A DNA stretch of 63,928 bases, counting the filler, from Octopus bimaculoides (Eukaryota), in assembly GCF_001194135.2 (NCBI RefSeq). It is 9 parts of 9 records of this genome, joined end to end, with 100 filler letters (N's around TTAATTAATTAA, not from the genome) between each part and the next. Parts side by side here need not be neighbours in the genome. Positions count along the whole stretch, not along the records: positions 31,972 to 38,996 come from NC_068993.1; positions 39,097 to 45,696 come from NC_068992.1; positions 45,797 to 51,214 come from NC_068987.1; 6 more parts are not named here. One strand, written 5' to 3'. The translations under genes were made by a program, and so were the position numbers. The notes under the pieces are model-generated. The model was not told the origin of the DNA, did no database searches, and saw nothing but the letters and a program-made list of their open reading frames with translations. Below are positions 36,528-49,535 of this stretch, one piece after another (position 1 is the stretch's first letter; each line of letters opens with the position of its first letter).

Positions 36528-38614
36528 TTACTTATTGCCCTTGCACAGCTTCTAACGCTGGAGATGAACTATGTCAGCTGTTCACTACCAGTGAACTAAG
36601 GTAACACCTCTTATTTTTCGAGCACCTTCCGGAGTATTCGAGCGGTTCCAAGCAGTGCTGATTTCTGCAAGTGCTCCACCCTTATAGCAGCCCCTATTTG
36701 TTCTACTTACTTCTCGAGGTATTTTGCTCACTGTTCCCACGGCTTCGATAATTATTTTCATCTACCACAACTGCTTAACTTCCCAAGCTAACCTGTCATA
36801 TTCTCTCGACTTTTCTTTCTTCCTTATCGTATACCTTGTTGTCAGCTGGGCATGCTATATCTGTGATCTAGCATAGTTTGTTTTCTTTCTCAATTAAGAC
36901 TATGACCGGCTTCTTATTCTCAATTTCATAGTCACACTGAATCATAAAATCCACAAGATCTTTGCATTTCTATTTTCGACAATGGCTTCAGGTTTGTGGT
37001 CGTACCAATTTTTTGCTGTCAGGTCCATACTTGTTGCAAAGCGTCCAGTGGACTAGCCTGGCTATATTGTTGTGGCGTCTCTTATATTCCTTCTGGGCTA
37101 GTGGTGTACATTGGCTGGTAATGTGCCATACGATTTCACCGTTTTGTCCACAGACACTGCACTTAGCACTTTTCTGATGTGCTGACTATTCTGTATTTTA
37201 TGTAGCTTGTTCTTAGTGGTTGCTCTTGGGCACCACAGATTAGAGCCGCCGTTTCCGGTTTTAATTCAATTTTAGTCATCCACAGCCATCTTTTTTCTCT
37301 GTATGTCTTATCTTCAGCATCCTTATGAAATTGTCCATGCATTCTTTTCTTTACCCACCTATTTTAAGTTTCATTCGCTTTCAATTTGTTGTATAGTGCT
37401 TTATCTTTGCAATCTTTCATACTATACAAGCCTGACCTTCTTACTTCTAGCAATAGCGGTTCTGTGGCACATTTTACATACCATGCTATGTTGTCTTTTT
37501 TTTTCAGCTCTAATGCTGTGTTCGCATCCAATAAGTCCTCTTCCCCCTCTTTTCTTGGTACATACAGTCTGTCTGTGTCACTTTTCAGGTGGAGTGTCCC
37601 ATGTCTAATTAGTAACTTCCTTATCTTTCTGTCTAAGCTATTTAGTTCGTCTACTGTCCATGCGATTACCCCTGTTCCATATCTAAGGAGTGAAACCGCC
37701 CAGGCGTTGATAGCTTCGATCTTATACCGTCCGATTAATTTCGACTTAAGAATCAGTCTCAGTCTGTGCAAGTACTCCACCTTAAATTTTTCTGTCATTT
37801 CCAAAATTTCAAAAATCCCCAAGTACTTATAGCCCGTCTCTTCTATCTGCTTCATAACCTACACCGACAGTATCGTTAGTCCATCCATACATTTGATTTT
37901 GCCTCTCTTCAGTACTAACACACCACACTTTCTCAGTCGGAACTCCATTCTGATATCGGCACTGAGGGTATACACCGTATCAACGAGGGAACTGACTTGC
38001 GCTTCATCTTTACCATAAAGTTTGAGGTTATCCATGAATAACAAATGGTTGACTTTTGTTGGCGGCTTTTGAATATATACCCAGCTTTTGCTTTCCTCAG
38101 GATCCGTGTCAGTGGTATCAAGCACAGTACAAAGATCAGTGGGGACAAGCAGTTCCCTTGGAAGATGCCCCACCTAATTTCTACTGTCCCTAAACTTCTT
38201 CCGTATACTTTCAGGTCCGTCCTCCAATTCGCCATACTTTTTCCAAGCAATCGCTCAACATTCGATGCAATCCCAAACAGGTTCATACACTCCATAATCC
38301 AAGAATGTGGGATCATATCGGACGCCTTACGTTAGTCGATCCATGACATGGCTAAGTTAGTTTTCCTCCACTTGCAGTCTCTGAGTATAGTTTTATCTAT
38401 GAGGATTTGATCCTTGGTACCTGTGCACTTACGCTTGCAATACTTCTGCTTATGTGGCAGGAATCCATTGTTTACTAAATGTTCGTACATTGACTCTGTG
38501 AGTATTCCAGTCAATAACTTCCACGTAAATGGCAAATAGGATATCAGCCTATAATTGTCTACCGTATTGCCTTTTTCGATGCTTTTCTCGTACGACACTG
38601 TCCTACCCAATGTC
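36528..38614 (-). mobile_element. R4/Dong-clade non-LTR retrotransposon, lineage W, 5'-truncated, 3' end present, frameshifted
   Basis: RT: [58 protein letters not shown]; CCHC knuckle CSVC..HITSQC (37108-37161) followed by RHNN; REL-type KPVIVL..ITDIACP. Confidence 0.92.
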
Positions 38615-38665
38615 AATTATTATTATTATTGTTATAATTATTATTATTATTATTATTATTATGAA

Positions 38666-38869
38666 GTCAAAGTTAAAAGGAGAATGCCATTGTTATCTAG
38701 TGAACGATATTTCGATATCTTGTGTGTCTTCAACTGGTTCAAAAAATAAATTTGTCAATCTACTTCATTTTGGTTAATATAGAAATGATTGGGGTAACTC
38801 CTCCTGAAGATATAGAGTCAAAATTAAAAGAACAGTGCCATTGTTATCTAGTGAACGATATTTCGATAT
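38666..38869 (+). repeat. Direct repeat of about 53 bp, 151-bp period, perfect 34-bp core
   Basis: TGCCATTGTTATCTAGTGAACGATATTTCGATAT at 38685-38718 and 38836-38869. Confidence 0.9.
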
Positions 38870-38898
38870 TATCATCATTATTATTATTATTATTATTA

Positions 38899-38996
38899 TT
38901 TTATGTTTGACTTTTGTTTTGCATTTGTACAAGTTGGATCCAAGTCTCACCCAGAGACCTCAAGAGACAACAAGTTAGAAGTTCATGTAGGTGTTA
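38899..38996 (-). mobile_element. R4/Dong lineage Y 3' UTR, cut by gap
   Basis: Exact reverse complement of 40773-40870 (98/98); continues into (AAT)n on its own strand. Confidence 0.85.
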
Positions 38997-39096
38997 NNNN
39001 NNNNNNNNNNNNNNNNNNNNNNNNNNNNNNNNNNNNNNNNTTAATTAATTAANNNNNNNNNNNNNNNNNNNNNNNNNNNNNNNNNNNNNNNNNNNN
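38997..39096. other. Artificial 100-bp scaffold join marker
   Basis: 44 N + TTAATTAATTAA (39041-39052) + 44 N. Confidence 0.95.
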
Positions 39097-39270
<174 letters not shown>

Positions 39271-40530
39271 CGATCATTTCATACTTATCCATTGTATGCC
39301 TTGGATCGATTATCGAAAGGCTTTTGATAGTATTCCCCACACATGGATCCTGGAAACATTAGCCATGAACAAGGTAGCGCCAATAATCATAAAATATATA
39401 AAAACATTCCATGAATAAATGGCAGACAGTGCTACAGCTCCAGACAAAAGAAGGACTCATAAACACCAACGCCATCCCGATTAGAAAAGGAATATTCCAA
39501 GGAGACGCGTTCTCTGCACTCCTTTTATGCTTGGCACTGACACCTTTATCTGACGTGCTAAACAGAACTGGATAGGGATACAATTGTTACGTAAAACAAT
39601 CAACCATTTCTTGTATATGGATGATCTAAAACTATGCTACAAATGATAAACACCTGGAAGCATTACTACAGACAGCATATGGATTTACCAAAGAAATAAA
39701 CATGAAATTTGGCTTAGAAAAATGTGCCAAAACAACCTTGAAAAGACGAAAACTAGTTAAGAGTAACAACATCACTTTAGATAAAGCAAATGAAATAAGA
39801 GAATTAGACCAAAGCCAGACATACAAATACTTAGGAATCAATGAACTAGATATGATACAACACACACAAATGAAAGAGAAGATAAGAAAAGAATACTATA
39901 GTTGAGTTACATTAATACTGAAAACAGAGCTCAGTGCGAAAAACAAGACAGCAGGAATCAACACTCTAGCCGTCCTGGTTATAAGTTACAGCTAGAATAT
40001 TCTTAACTGGACTCTAAATGAACTAATCAAAATAGACAGGAAAACAAGAACAATAATGACAGGATTTAGGATATACCACCCAAAATCTTACATAGAAAGG
40101 CTATACATACAACATATCGAAGGTGGTAGAGGCCTGATATAGCTAGAAAACTATTATAACATAACAACCATAGAACTACAGAAAATACCTACTTCAGAAG
40201 CAAAGAAAACTAATACAAATAGCCACAAAACACAAACAAAACAAAAAACTGTTTTCTGTCTTTAAGGACCTGGAAATGGAGCCTAAAAACAGAAACAATT
40301 CCTATTATAGTAGGCGCATTAGGTATGATAAAAAAAAACATTCAAACAAATACATAAAACCAACAGGACTAACAAGTATATATAACATACTGGAAAAAAT
40401 AGCACACATCCTACGTAAAACACTTTCCATAGAGTGAAAATAAGAGCACCACAAGCCACAGCACATACCCAAGACACACAGAGCTGCGCTTGGTAGTGCA
40501 GTGAAAGTATGTGATAAAAATAAGACTACC

Positions 40531-40531
<1 letters not shown>
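39271..40531 (+). mobile_element. R4/Dong lineage X, 5'-truncated and internally deleted
   Basis: WIDYRKAFDSIPHTWI..GIFQGDAFS..LYMDDLKL..MKFGLEKCAK..YKYLGI; then a jump to KDLE..TETIPIIVGALG and the X-type 3' UTR; (TAA)n on both sides. Confidence 0.92.
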
Positions 40532-40576
<45 letters not shown>

Positions 40577-40577
<1 letters not shown>

Positions 40578-40868
40578 TACCTAGCTCAGATACCAGGAAA
40601 CCCCAAAATGGCTGAAGTTCAAAAGATAGTGCTCATGGGAACTGCCCATATCCTACGTAAAATACTGTCTATGTAATCTCAAATTTTAAAGCAAACACAT
40701 AATTTTCTTATGGTTTCTTAAACATTCACTTGAACAAAACTGTACAAATCCAAATATATGGTACCCTAGGCATAACACCTACATGAACTTCTAACTTGTT
40801 GTCTCTTGAGGTCTCTGGGTGAGACTTGGATCCAACTTGTACAAATGCAAAACAAAAGTCAAACATAA

Positions 40869-40870
<2 letters not shown>
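40577..40870 (+). mobile_element. R4/Dong lineage Y 3' end
   Basis: YLAQIPGNPKMAEVQKIVLMGTAHILRKILSM* then a distinct 3' UTR; (TAA)n on both sides. Confidence 0.85.
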
Positions 40871-40944
<74 letters not shown>

Positions 40945-40947
<3 letters not shown>

Positions 40948-40984
40948 GCCCTGATGCAAAACCAAGCAGTGGCTCTCATGGCTG
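40945..40984 (-). mobile_element. Short probable 3' end of another retroposon with a (TTA)n tail
   Basis: Reverse complement GAGAGCCACTGCTTGGTTTTGCATCAGGGCATTTATTATT; no coding sequence remains, family unassigned. Confidence 0.4.
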
Positions 40985-41523
40985 CGTAATACATTATATA
41001 ATCTTATGAGTGCAGTGCATATTACATAGCTAACTATACCATGTCTGCGTCGCAATAAAGATTCTGAATAAAACAATTGTATCAGTACCAGATAACCGAT
41101 TCTTCAGTTGTACTCTGTGTGTGTGTATTATATATATATATATACATACATGCATACATACATACGCATACATATTTACACATATACACACACACACCCA
41201 TACATATACATATACATGCATACACGCACATATGCATACATACATACGTATATACATACATACCTATACATAATTGTGTGTGTACATAATTGTGTGAATA
41301 GGAAGCGAAATAGGACGCCACTGTTATAAGTGAAACATATATAACATCAGATATCATGTTAATGAAAATAAATCAAGGAAAAACATTCTTTAGAAATTGG
41401 TTAAAAATTTGATATCAAAATAGAATTTTCGTCATTCAGAGAGAGAAAAAAGAGCATTAAAATTTATTAAAATGTGATTGTAGTACATGCTTCTGAAAGG
41501 AATTCGTAAATCAGGGATGTTGT

Positions 41524-41575
<52 letters not shown>

Positions 41576-41827
41576 TATGTGTACGTATGCATGTACGTAT
41601 GCATGAATGTATGTATGTATGGATGGATGAATGGATGGATGGATGGATCGGAAGAAGAAATAATAAGAGAATATATTACTATATTACATGCCTGTAAACT
41701 GTGACTTTTTCATGCATGCGTCTCTGTACAATCACAGGTACTTTCGTATAAATTAAAAACATGAGAAAAAATAATTTTTCTTTTCCTTGAAGCGCATACG
41801 CTTATGTGTTGGGGTGCGTGTGTGTAT

Positions 41828-41886
<59 letters not shown>

Positions 41887-42205
41887 CAGAGAGATAGTGA
41901 TGCAGACAAACACACTTGGGCTTGATGTATAAAATAAAGATACATATACACATAGGAATATATATATAGGGATATATGGAGACGGAAACAAAAGAAAATA
42001 TTCATAGAATAAATGCTGGTGTATAAGCATATAGATATTTATATATTACATAATAACTTTACATGGAGTACAAAAAGTATAAAAAGTGAGGGGAGAAAAC
42101 ACGGCATTTTAAGTCCGACAATTTTTCTATGGGCTCGGAATTACCTAATAGTTGTAATGTTCGCAATTGGTTCATGATGTGAACTACTCTTTGCCGATCT
42201 CTTCA

Positions 42206-42345
42206 CCCTGACGAGGCCTGTTTTGCGGCTATGTTTATACGTATCTGCTGCTAGTTGCATATCTTTGAATTTTTGCACACTTCATCTGCCAATTATGAAC
42301 TTCACGACTATTACGTAATTAAGAGCCCCCAGAAACAGCTGTCGG
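42206..42345 (+). ncRNA. Split hammerhead-like motif (both conserved boxes intact, 117 nt apart)
   Basis: CTGACGA at 42208-42214 and GAAAC-AGCT-GTC at 42332-42343; stem I only CC/GG. Confidence 0.45.
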
Positions 42346-42839
42346 ATTTAAATATTATGTATTTTGCCCTTAGTTTTCTGTATTTTTGTACTCCATGTAT
42401 ATTTATTTTGTAAATATATAAATAGTTATTTCTCTTATTTGTAAATGGAGAAATAAACCAGTAACTTATTTAGATTGGAGGAATCTGTATAAATGTCGAA
42501 AAAACGTTCATAGAAATAATTTAAACAGTCCTTTGTGCTTGCCCGTCTAATGTTGACAATGCCATGTTGTACATATCTATATGTATGTCTGTGTGAGTGT
42601 GCGCGTGTGTATATACAAACATATATATATATGTGTGTACATAAGTTTGTTATATGTATGTGTGTTTATATACTTGTATATGTATGAATATATACAGGCA
42701 CATGTATTAATGCACGCGCACACACACGCTCACTGACCTACCCACATACTCCATCCCTACATATAATATCAGTTTGATTCAGCAGCACATTACATCAAAT
42801 TACGTGGGCACAATGCATGTACGTACGTATATATGTGTG

Positions 42840-42898
<59 letters not shown>

Positions 42899-43154
42899 AT
42901 GCATAAATTCTGTCTCCGAATAACAGATGAAAATAAGCCAACGTATTTTGAGGTAACGTGACGCTGAGTCAAACTGTTATTATATGTAGGGGTGGGTCGT
43001 AAGCCTGTGTGTGTGCATTAATATATGTGCCTGTATATATTCATACATACACAAGTATATATACATTTACATATACAAACATATATACACATACGTTTAT
43101 ATATACACACACACACACAAATATACATACATACACACATATCTATATGCATAT

Positions 43155-43500
43155 ATATATGTTCTTTTTCGTGCTTCAATAATTTGACTGCGGCCATGCT
43201 GGAGCGCCGCATTTAGTCGAACAAATCGATTCCAGGACTTATTCTTTGTAAGCCTAGTACTTATTCTATTGGTCTCTGTTGCCAAACCACTAAGCTACGA
43301 GGTCATAAACACACCAACATCAATTGTCAAGCGACGGGCTTCTTTCAGTTTCTGGCTACCAACTTACCAAATCCACTCACAAGGCTTTGGTAGGCCCGAG
43401 GCTATAGTAGAAGAGACATGCCCAAGGTACCACGCAGTGGGACTGAACCCGGAACCATGTAGTTGGGAAACAAACTTCTTACCACACAGCGACGCCTGCG
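43155..43500 (-). mobile_element. SINE family B lacking the central microsatellite
   Basis: Tail half joins head half directly at TTGTCAAGCGA|CGGGCTTCTTTCAG. Confidence 0.88.
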
Positions 43501-43571
<71 letters not shown>

Positions 43572-44589
43572 ACGTATGTAACAGTAAGCATCTTTAACAG
43601 ACCAAAAGACTGGAGGTAGACGATGACGCTCCGCCATACTTCATTTCAACTGCATATACTAATCTAATCGTAGCCTGGCTTCTTTTCCTTCACACAAATA
43701 GGTAAATATTTTCATTCTATTGATTCCTATGTAGTGACAAGCATTTTCCGCTCATCTAAGTGCGTCGAGTTTACTGTCAAGTGTACTCGTTACTGAGCTG
43801 GCTAAATCAGATCGAAACAGTGTTTCTGGAGATCCGCCAGTGAGTGAAAGCTTGATTTTTAACAAGCAAGTGTCGTTCAGAAATTCCCTGAAATAAAACA
43901 TTATACGTAGTGCCGTTGTTCGTTTGTATACACATTTTAAATGTTATATACACCGGTATTTTAATATAAGGCTGTTTAAAGAGCGTATATTAATAAAATA
44001 ATAGATGCTTGTATAATCATACTTACATACAAGTCACACACTCCCATTCGTATACACACACATTCATAAGCACATAATCATATTTATTTAAACACAAACA
44101 CGCACACACACTCATATATACAAACTGACATATATACATAGATACATAGATATGTACACAGTTATATGCATATTCACATAAATACATACGATTTTACACG
44201 CAGTCATACATACACACACACCTAGAGTCATATCCATGAAATTACATATTGACAAGTATACTTGCATAGAGGTATATACACAGCTACAGGCTTATATACA
44301 TTTATTACGTATATACACAGTTGAGTCAATAAACATTCTCATACACTTGATAAAGAATTCGGAAGAGTTTGTTAGTAAAATAGTTTGTTTCTTTGTGTTT
44401 TCTTAATACTTTTTTTAATGTAACACATTGTTTCGGCAATGCGTGATAGATATACATGACAAAGCTGCTAGCAGGAAGAAAAGAGAAGTTACAAAATAAA
44501 AACAAGGGAAAATAAGCAGAATATTGAAACAGATCAGAAGATTTCTTGTTTAGATTCAAACAAAGAGACGGTGTTATGAAAACAGTGGA

Positions 44590-44594
44590 ATGGC

Positions 44595-44626
<32 letters not shown>

Positions 44627-44870
44627 AGGACATAATAAAAGAAGGAAAGAAAAATGAAATAAAGAAAACTAGGAAGACGAATGGAAAGAAAAGGAAAAGA
44701 ACGAGAATTAATGAGAGAAAATAAGGAATAGGACGAATGAAGAAGAAGAAGAAGAAGAAGAAGAAGAAGAAGAAGAAGAAGAAGAAGAAGAAGAAGAAGA
44801 AGAAGAAGAAGAAGAAGAAGAAGAAGAAGAAGAAGAAGAAGAAGAAGAAGAAGAAGAAGAAGAAGAGCGA
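44590..44870. repeat. (GAAA)n and long (GAA)n tracts
   Basis: Direct reading; source of the poly-K and poly-F ORFs. Confidence 0.9.
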
Positions 44871-44952
44871 GATAAACGTAAACTTGAAAGCCGAAAGAGA
44901 AAATGAAACTAAAAAGAACAAGGAAACAAAATGATCGAGAATTGAGATAGAC

Positions 44953-44998
<46 letters not shown>

Positions 44999-45005
44999 AT
45001 AAATA

Positions 45006-45043
<38 letters not shown>

Positions 45044-45696
45044 TTTTAAAAAAACAACCGAATGCAGCTCCCAGTTCAAGTCAGTGCACATGGTAATAAG
45101 TACAATGACAATGATGATGATGATGATGATGATGATGATGGGTGGGGAGGAGGAAGAGTAGAAAGAAAGAAACAAACAAACAAACAAACAAACAAACAAA
45201 GAAATTAACAAAAACAGAGAAACAATAGAACAGATAGAATAATGCACATGACCAAGTATAAAATCGTTTAGTAGATGGACTAACAGAAGTACTACCGTAG
45301 TACTAATATACTAATATTACTAATATTACTACAATACTCAATAACAGTAGACAATATACTAACGTATTCTCTCACCATACTTACACTTTAATCCGGTAGG
45401 GAGCGTTGTTATAACCGGTGACTCTGTACGTACACGTTTCATGGTTGCATCTTTACGATTAGGGTATCCATTAGTGGATAATGTTGTGGATAATGCTGTC
45501 CTGTCCCTGGATCCTGGAGGCGAAGGGACGGGATTTTTACGTCGTCCTTTCCCGCCTTTTTAAAAAAACAATGCAAGAAAACCCGAAAATACAGTATGAT
45601 ATAAATATATTATGCGGATATGCGTATATATATATTATGCGGATATATCTATATATGTATATTTTGCGGATATGTATGTGTTTGTGTATGTATATA

Positions 45697-45796
45697 NNNN
45701 NNNNNNNNNNNNNNNNNNNNNNNNNNNNNNNNNNNNNNNNTTAATTAATTAANNNNNNNNNNNNNNNNNNNNNNNNNNNNNNNNNNNNNNNNNNNN
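45697..45796. other. Artificial 100-bp scaffold join marker
   Basis: 44 N + TTAATTAATTAA (45741-45752) + 44 N. Confidence 0.95.
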
Positions 45797-46104
45797 CTCA
45801 AAATACAAAGACCTGGAAATAGAGGTAACTCGAACGTGGAATCTAAAAACAGAAACAATTCCTATCATAGTAGGTGCCTTAGGTATAATAAAAAAATATT
45901 CAGACAAATACATAACAAAAACACCAGGACTTACAAATATATATAACATACAGAAAATTGCACTACTGGGTACTGCACACATTCTACGCAAAACACTTTC
46001 AATACAGTAAACATAAGAGCACCACAGCAAACCACAGCACATACCCAAGGCGCACAGAGCTGCGCTCGGTAGTGAAGTGAAAGCACGTTATAAAAATAAA
46101 ACTA

Positions 46105-46107
<3 letters not shown>
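45797..46107 (+). mobile_element. R4/Dong lineage X 3' end, open frame to the stop codon
   Basis: SKYKDLEIEVTRTWNLKTETIPIIVGALGIIKKYSDKYITKTPGLTNIYNIQKIALLGTAHILRKTLSIQ*, 3' UTR, then (TAA)n. Confidence 0.9.
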
Positions 46108-46138
<31 letters not shown>

Positions 46139-46169
46139 GTAATGATAATAATAATACGGAAATAGGGCA

Positions 46170-47178
46170 AATGTAGAAAGGGGACCGATAAGTATTGGAA
46201 GGCTGCGTACTTATCGAATTCGAGAGCTTAATGAGATACCTATCCCAAAGTAAGGGAACCTTGCTAGTGTCAGGAATGAGGGAGTATTGAAATCAGAGAA
46301 AAAAGGAAAAGCAAAGGAAGAAATATAAAAAGGACACGAAGAATAATTACACAACAAGGGACTACACAATCAATTCCATGAATCCACAACAGAGGTTGCT
46401 GGAAAACACGAGTTGGATTGGCTGAAGAAAGGAACACTGAAAAATGCGATTGAAAGAACTATACTGGCAGCGCAAGACCAAGCTTTGACCACGAATTGGA
46501 GGATCAACCTTTGGAATGAGTAAGTGTCTCCGCTGTGCTGCATCTGTAATAGAGTGGACGAAACCATTGCCCATATCACGATTTAATGCTCTAGACTTGC
46601 CCCAAACCATTATAAGTTGTGGCGAAACGATAGGGTAGCGAAAGTGCTTCATTGGAAACTGTGTGAAAAGTGGGGGTTAGAGAGGGGCAAAATGTGATGT
46701 GAACACAAACCGCAGAGTGTGGCGGAGTCAGAGACTTGAACAGTCTTCTGGGATTTCTTAATCTAAAGAGATCAGGTGCTAGAGTATAACAGACCGGATC
46801 ATGTGCTGGTCGGCATGATGCATCACGTGTACTATATAATTGATGTTGTATACCCCATTGACTCACGAATAGTCAAAAAGCAAGGAAAAAATAGATAGAT
46901 ACAATTCTCTTAAGTACGAAATAGTCCGGTCCTTGAGGACAGTATCAGAAGGTATTAAGGGGAATATATAAAGGAAGTAGGAATATAGTGCTTGGTAGAA
47001 CTGTCACAAAAGGTTTACCTCCTTGGCACAGTCAGAATAATCAGGAAAGTATTAGATAACTGAAAAGAATGGATAGCATCATACCATCGGCTGCAGGCAG
47101 CAAACCCGCTACAGGTACAAGGCTTCAGAAGTTCCAACAAAACCTGTGATAAAGAGAAATAACAACAAGAATAACAAT
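46170..47178 (+). mobile_element. R4/Dong lineage Z 3' third, decayed
   Basis: GLHNQF..WLKKGTLK..ILAAQDQALTTNW..SPLCCIC..ETIAHI..HWKLCEKW..NRPD..IIDV..LLGTVRIIRKVL; ends in AATAACAACAAGAATAACAAT. Confidence 0.85.
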
Positions 47179-47638
47179 TGTCTTTCTTCTCAATTAAGAA
47201 AAAAATGAACGTTTTTGGATCTCAAAAATGGCTTTTATTTCACTGACATGATTTCATATTTTCATTGTTGTAGAACATAATTTGATACAGTTATACAAAA
47301 GAGTAAATGAAATTCAGTAATAGTTCTGGTTTTTCAATAGCGTTAACCGTATAAGTGAACAGGCTTCAACCGGAAACCCAAATCGAGTTTACTCTACAAT
47401 CCTTGTCCTTTCTACTGGATATAATGATTTGTTTTGGCTAAACTGAAGACCCCCTGTATCCTAGAAAAATGACAATTGATAACATGTGATGATTAAACCT
47501 TTTTCACATGGAAAAACCACATAAATAAAATGTAATACTTTCGATAGAAAATCAAAGTCTGTTCAAATATTTGACTCAGCTATTGCTTGTTCTTATTAGT
47601 TAAAATATAACATGAACAATTTAACCTTCAAAACGACC

Positions 47639-47693
<55 letters not shown>

Positions 47694-48238
47694 CATCAAC
47701 TCTTGCTAATTTTATGTTCNNNNNNNNNNNNNNNNNNNNNNNNNNNNNNNNNNNNNNNNNNNNNNNNNNNNNNNNNNNNNNNNNNNNNNNNNNNNNNNNN
47801 NNNNNNNNNNNNNNNNNNNNNNNNNNNNNNNNNNNNNNNNNNNNNNNNNNNNNNNNNNNNNNNNNNNNNNNNNNNNNNNNNNNNNNNNNNNNNNNNNNNN
47901 NNNNNNNNNNNNNNNNNNNNNNNNNNNNNNNNNNNNNNNNNNNNNNNNNNNNNNNNNNNNNNNNNNNNNNNNNNNNNNNNNNNNNNNNNNNNNNNNNNNN
48001 NNNNNNNNNNNNNNNNNNNNNNNNNNNNNNNNNNNNNNNNNNNNNNNNNNNNNNNNNNNNNNNNNNNNNNNNNNNNNNNNNNNNNNNNNNNNNNNNNNNN
48101 NNNNNNNNNNNNNNNNNNNNNNNNNNNNNNNNNNNNNNNNNNNNNNNNNNNNNNNNNNNNNNNNNNNNNNNNNNNNNNNNNNNNNNNNNNNNNNNNNNNN
48201 NNNNNNNNNNNNNNNNNNNNACACACACACACACACAT

Positions 48239-48273
<35 letters not shown>

Positions 48274-48864
48274 TTATGTATGTATGTATCTATGTCTGCA
48301 AGTTTTTTTTTATATATCTGTATACAAGATGCAACGTTGCTATTTGTCTTTTCTATAAATTCGTCGGAAGTGTATCTTGTCTTTTCTAAAAACTTTTCCT
48401 TCGACTTCTCAACGTGTTTCTGAATCGGTGTCTTATCTTTCTTTTACAATTTCTGAACTACATTAAATATTGTCTCATCTTATTTCTTCAATTAAATTTT
48501 TCGTCTCTCAGACATCTTCAGGAAAGACTTTCTATTTAAATTCTAATCAGATTAACGTATCTTAATCTTAAATATGGATAAAATAATAGGCTTATTTAGA
48601 GTTACCATTGTCTATACATACAGCAGTCAGACTAGTCTTACAATATCTATTTCTGGATGTTTTTGTATTTACCAAAGAGGTTTGAACGTAAGATAAATAT
48701 AAATATGATTCTTTATTCCTCCGGCTATTCAACTTATAAAACTCTTTTAGGAACTATTCTGTGGAATTATTGTTACCGACGAAAACCATAACCATATTCC
48801 TCGGATTTCGGATTTTATTAGAGATATGAATATTCTATATTGAAGCTATATTTACTCCATGAAT

Positions 48865-49200
48865 GTGCATGACGCAATGGTTAGAGCATCGGGCTTGCAA
48901 TCGTGAGGTTATGAGTTTGATTCCCTAACCAGGCTGTGTGTTGTGTTTTTGAGCAAGATAATTTTACATTGCTCCGGTTCACTCAGCTGTAGAAATGAGT
49001 TGCGACGTTACTGGTGCCAAGTTGTATCAGCATTTGCCTTACCTTTGGACAACATCGTTGGTGTTGAGAGGGGAGGCTGGTATACATGGACTGGTATGCT
49101 GGTCTTCTATAAACAACCTTGCCTGGACTTGTGCTTTGGAAGGGAACTTTCTAGGTGCAGTCACATGGTCATTCATGATCGAAAGAGTACTTTACCCTTT
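48865..49200 (+). mobile_element. SINE family C
   Basis: CAATGGTTAGAGCATCGGGC..GAGTTTGATTCCC..TTGTGTTTTTGAGCAAGA..CACTCAGCTGTAGAAATGAG; body after this point differs from family D. Confidence 0.8.
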
Positions 49201-49286
49201 ATATTTAACCACAACTGATTTTTGAAATTCACTTTACTGAACCACCCCGCCCAGACAATTGCTTTCACCACTATTTACCTTAGTAC

Positions 49287-49535
49287 AAGGTGCGTGGCCT
49301 AGTGGTTAGCGTGTTGCACTCACGATCGCAAGGCCACGGTTTCAGTTAACGGACTAGGCAGTACGTTGTTTTCTTGAGCAAAACACTCCATCTCCCGTTG
49401 TCCTTCGACATCTGACCTGCGGCACAACGTGCACCTGTACGGGAAATATCGATTCAATAGAGGCAGTGATCTTATGTGCAGCACAACCATTTGATCACTA
49501 TGAACCAATCATATGGATAGGTTTTTCAGCAGCTA
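49287..49535 (+). mobile_element. SINE family E
   Basis: GTGGCCTAGTGGTTAGCGTGTTGCACTCACGATCG..TTCTTGAGCAAAACACT; aligns with 25249-25505. Confidence 0.75.

Noticed and set aside
41066-41115. Fourth hammerhead candidate on the minus strand (CTGAAGA..GATAC AATT GTT)
   Set aside because: The GAAA box is mutated, stem II is out of register and stem I is poor; could be chance.
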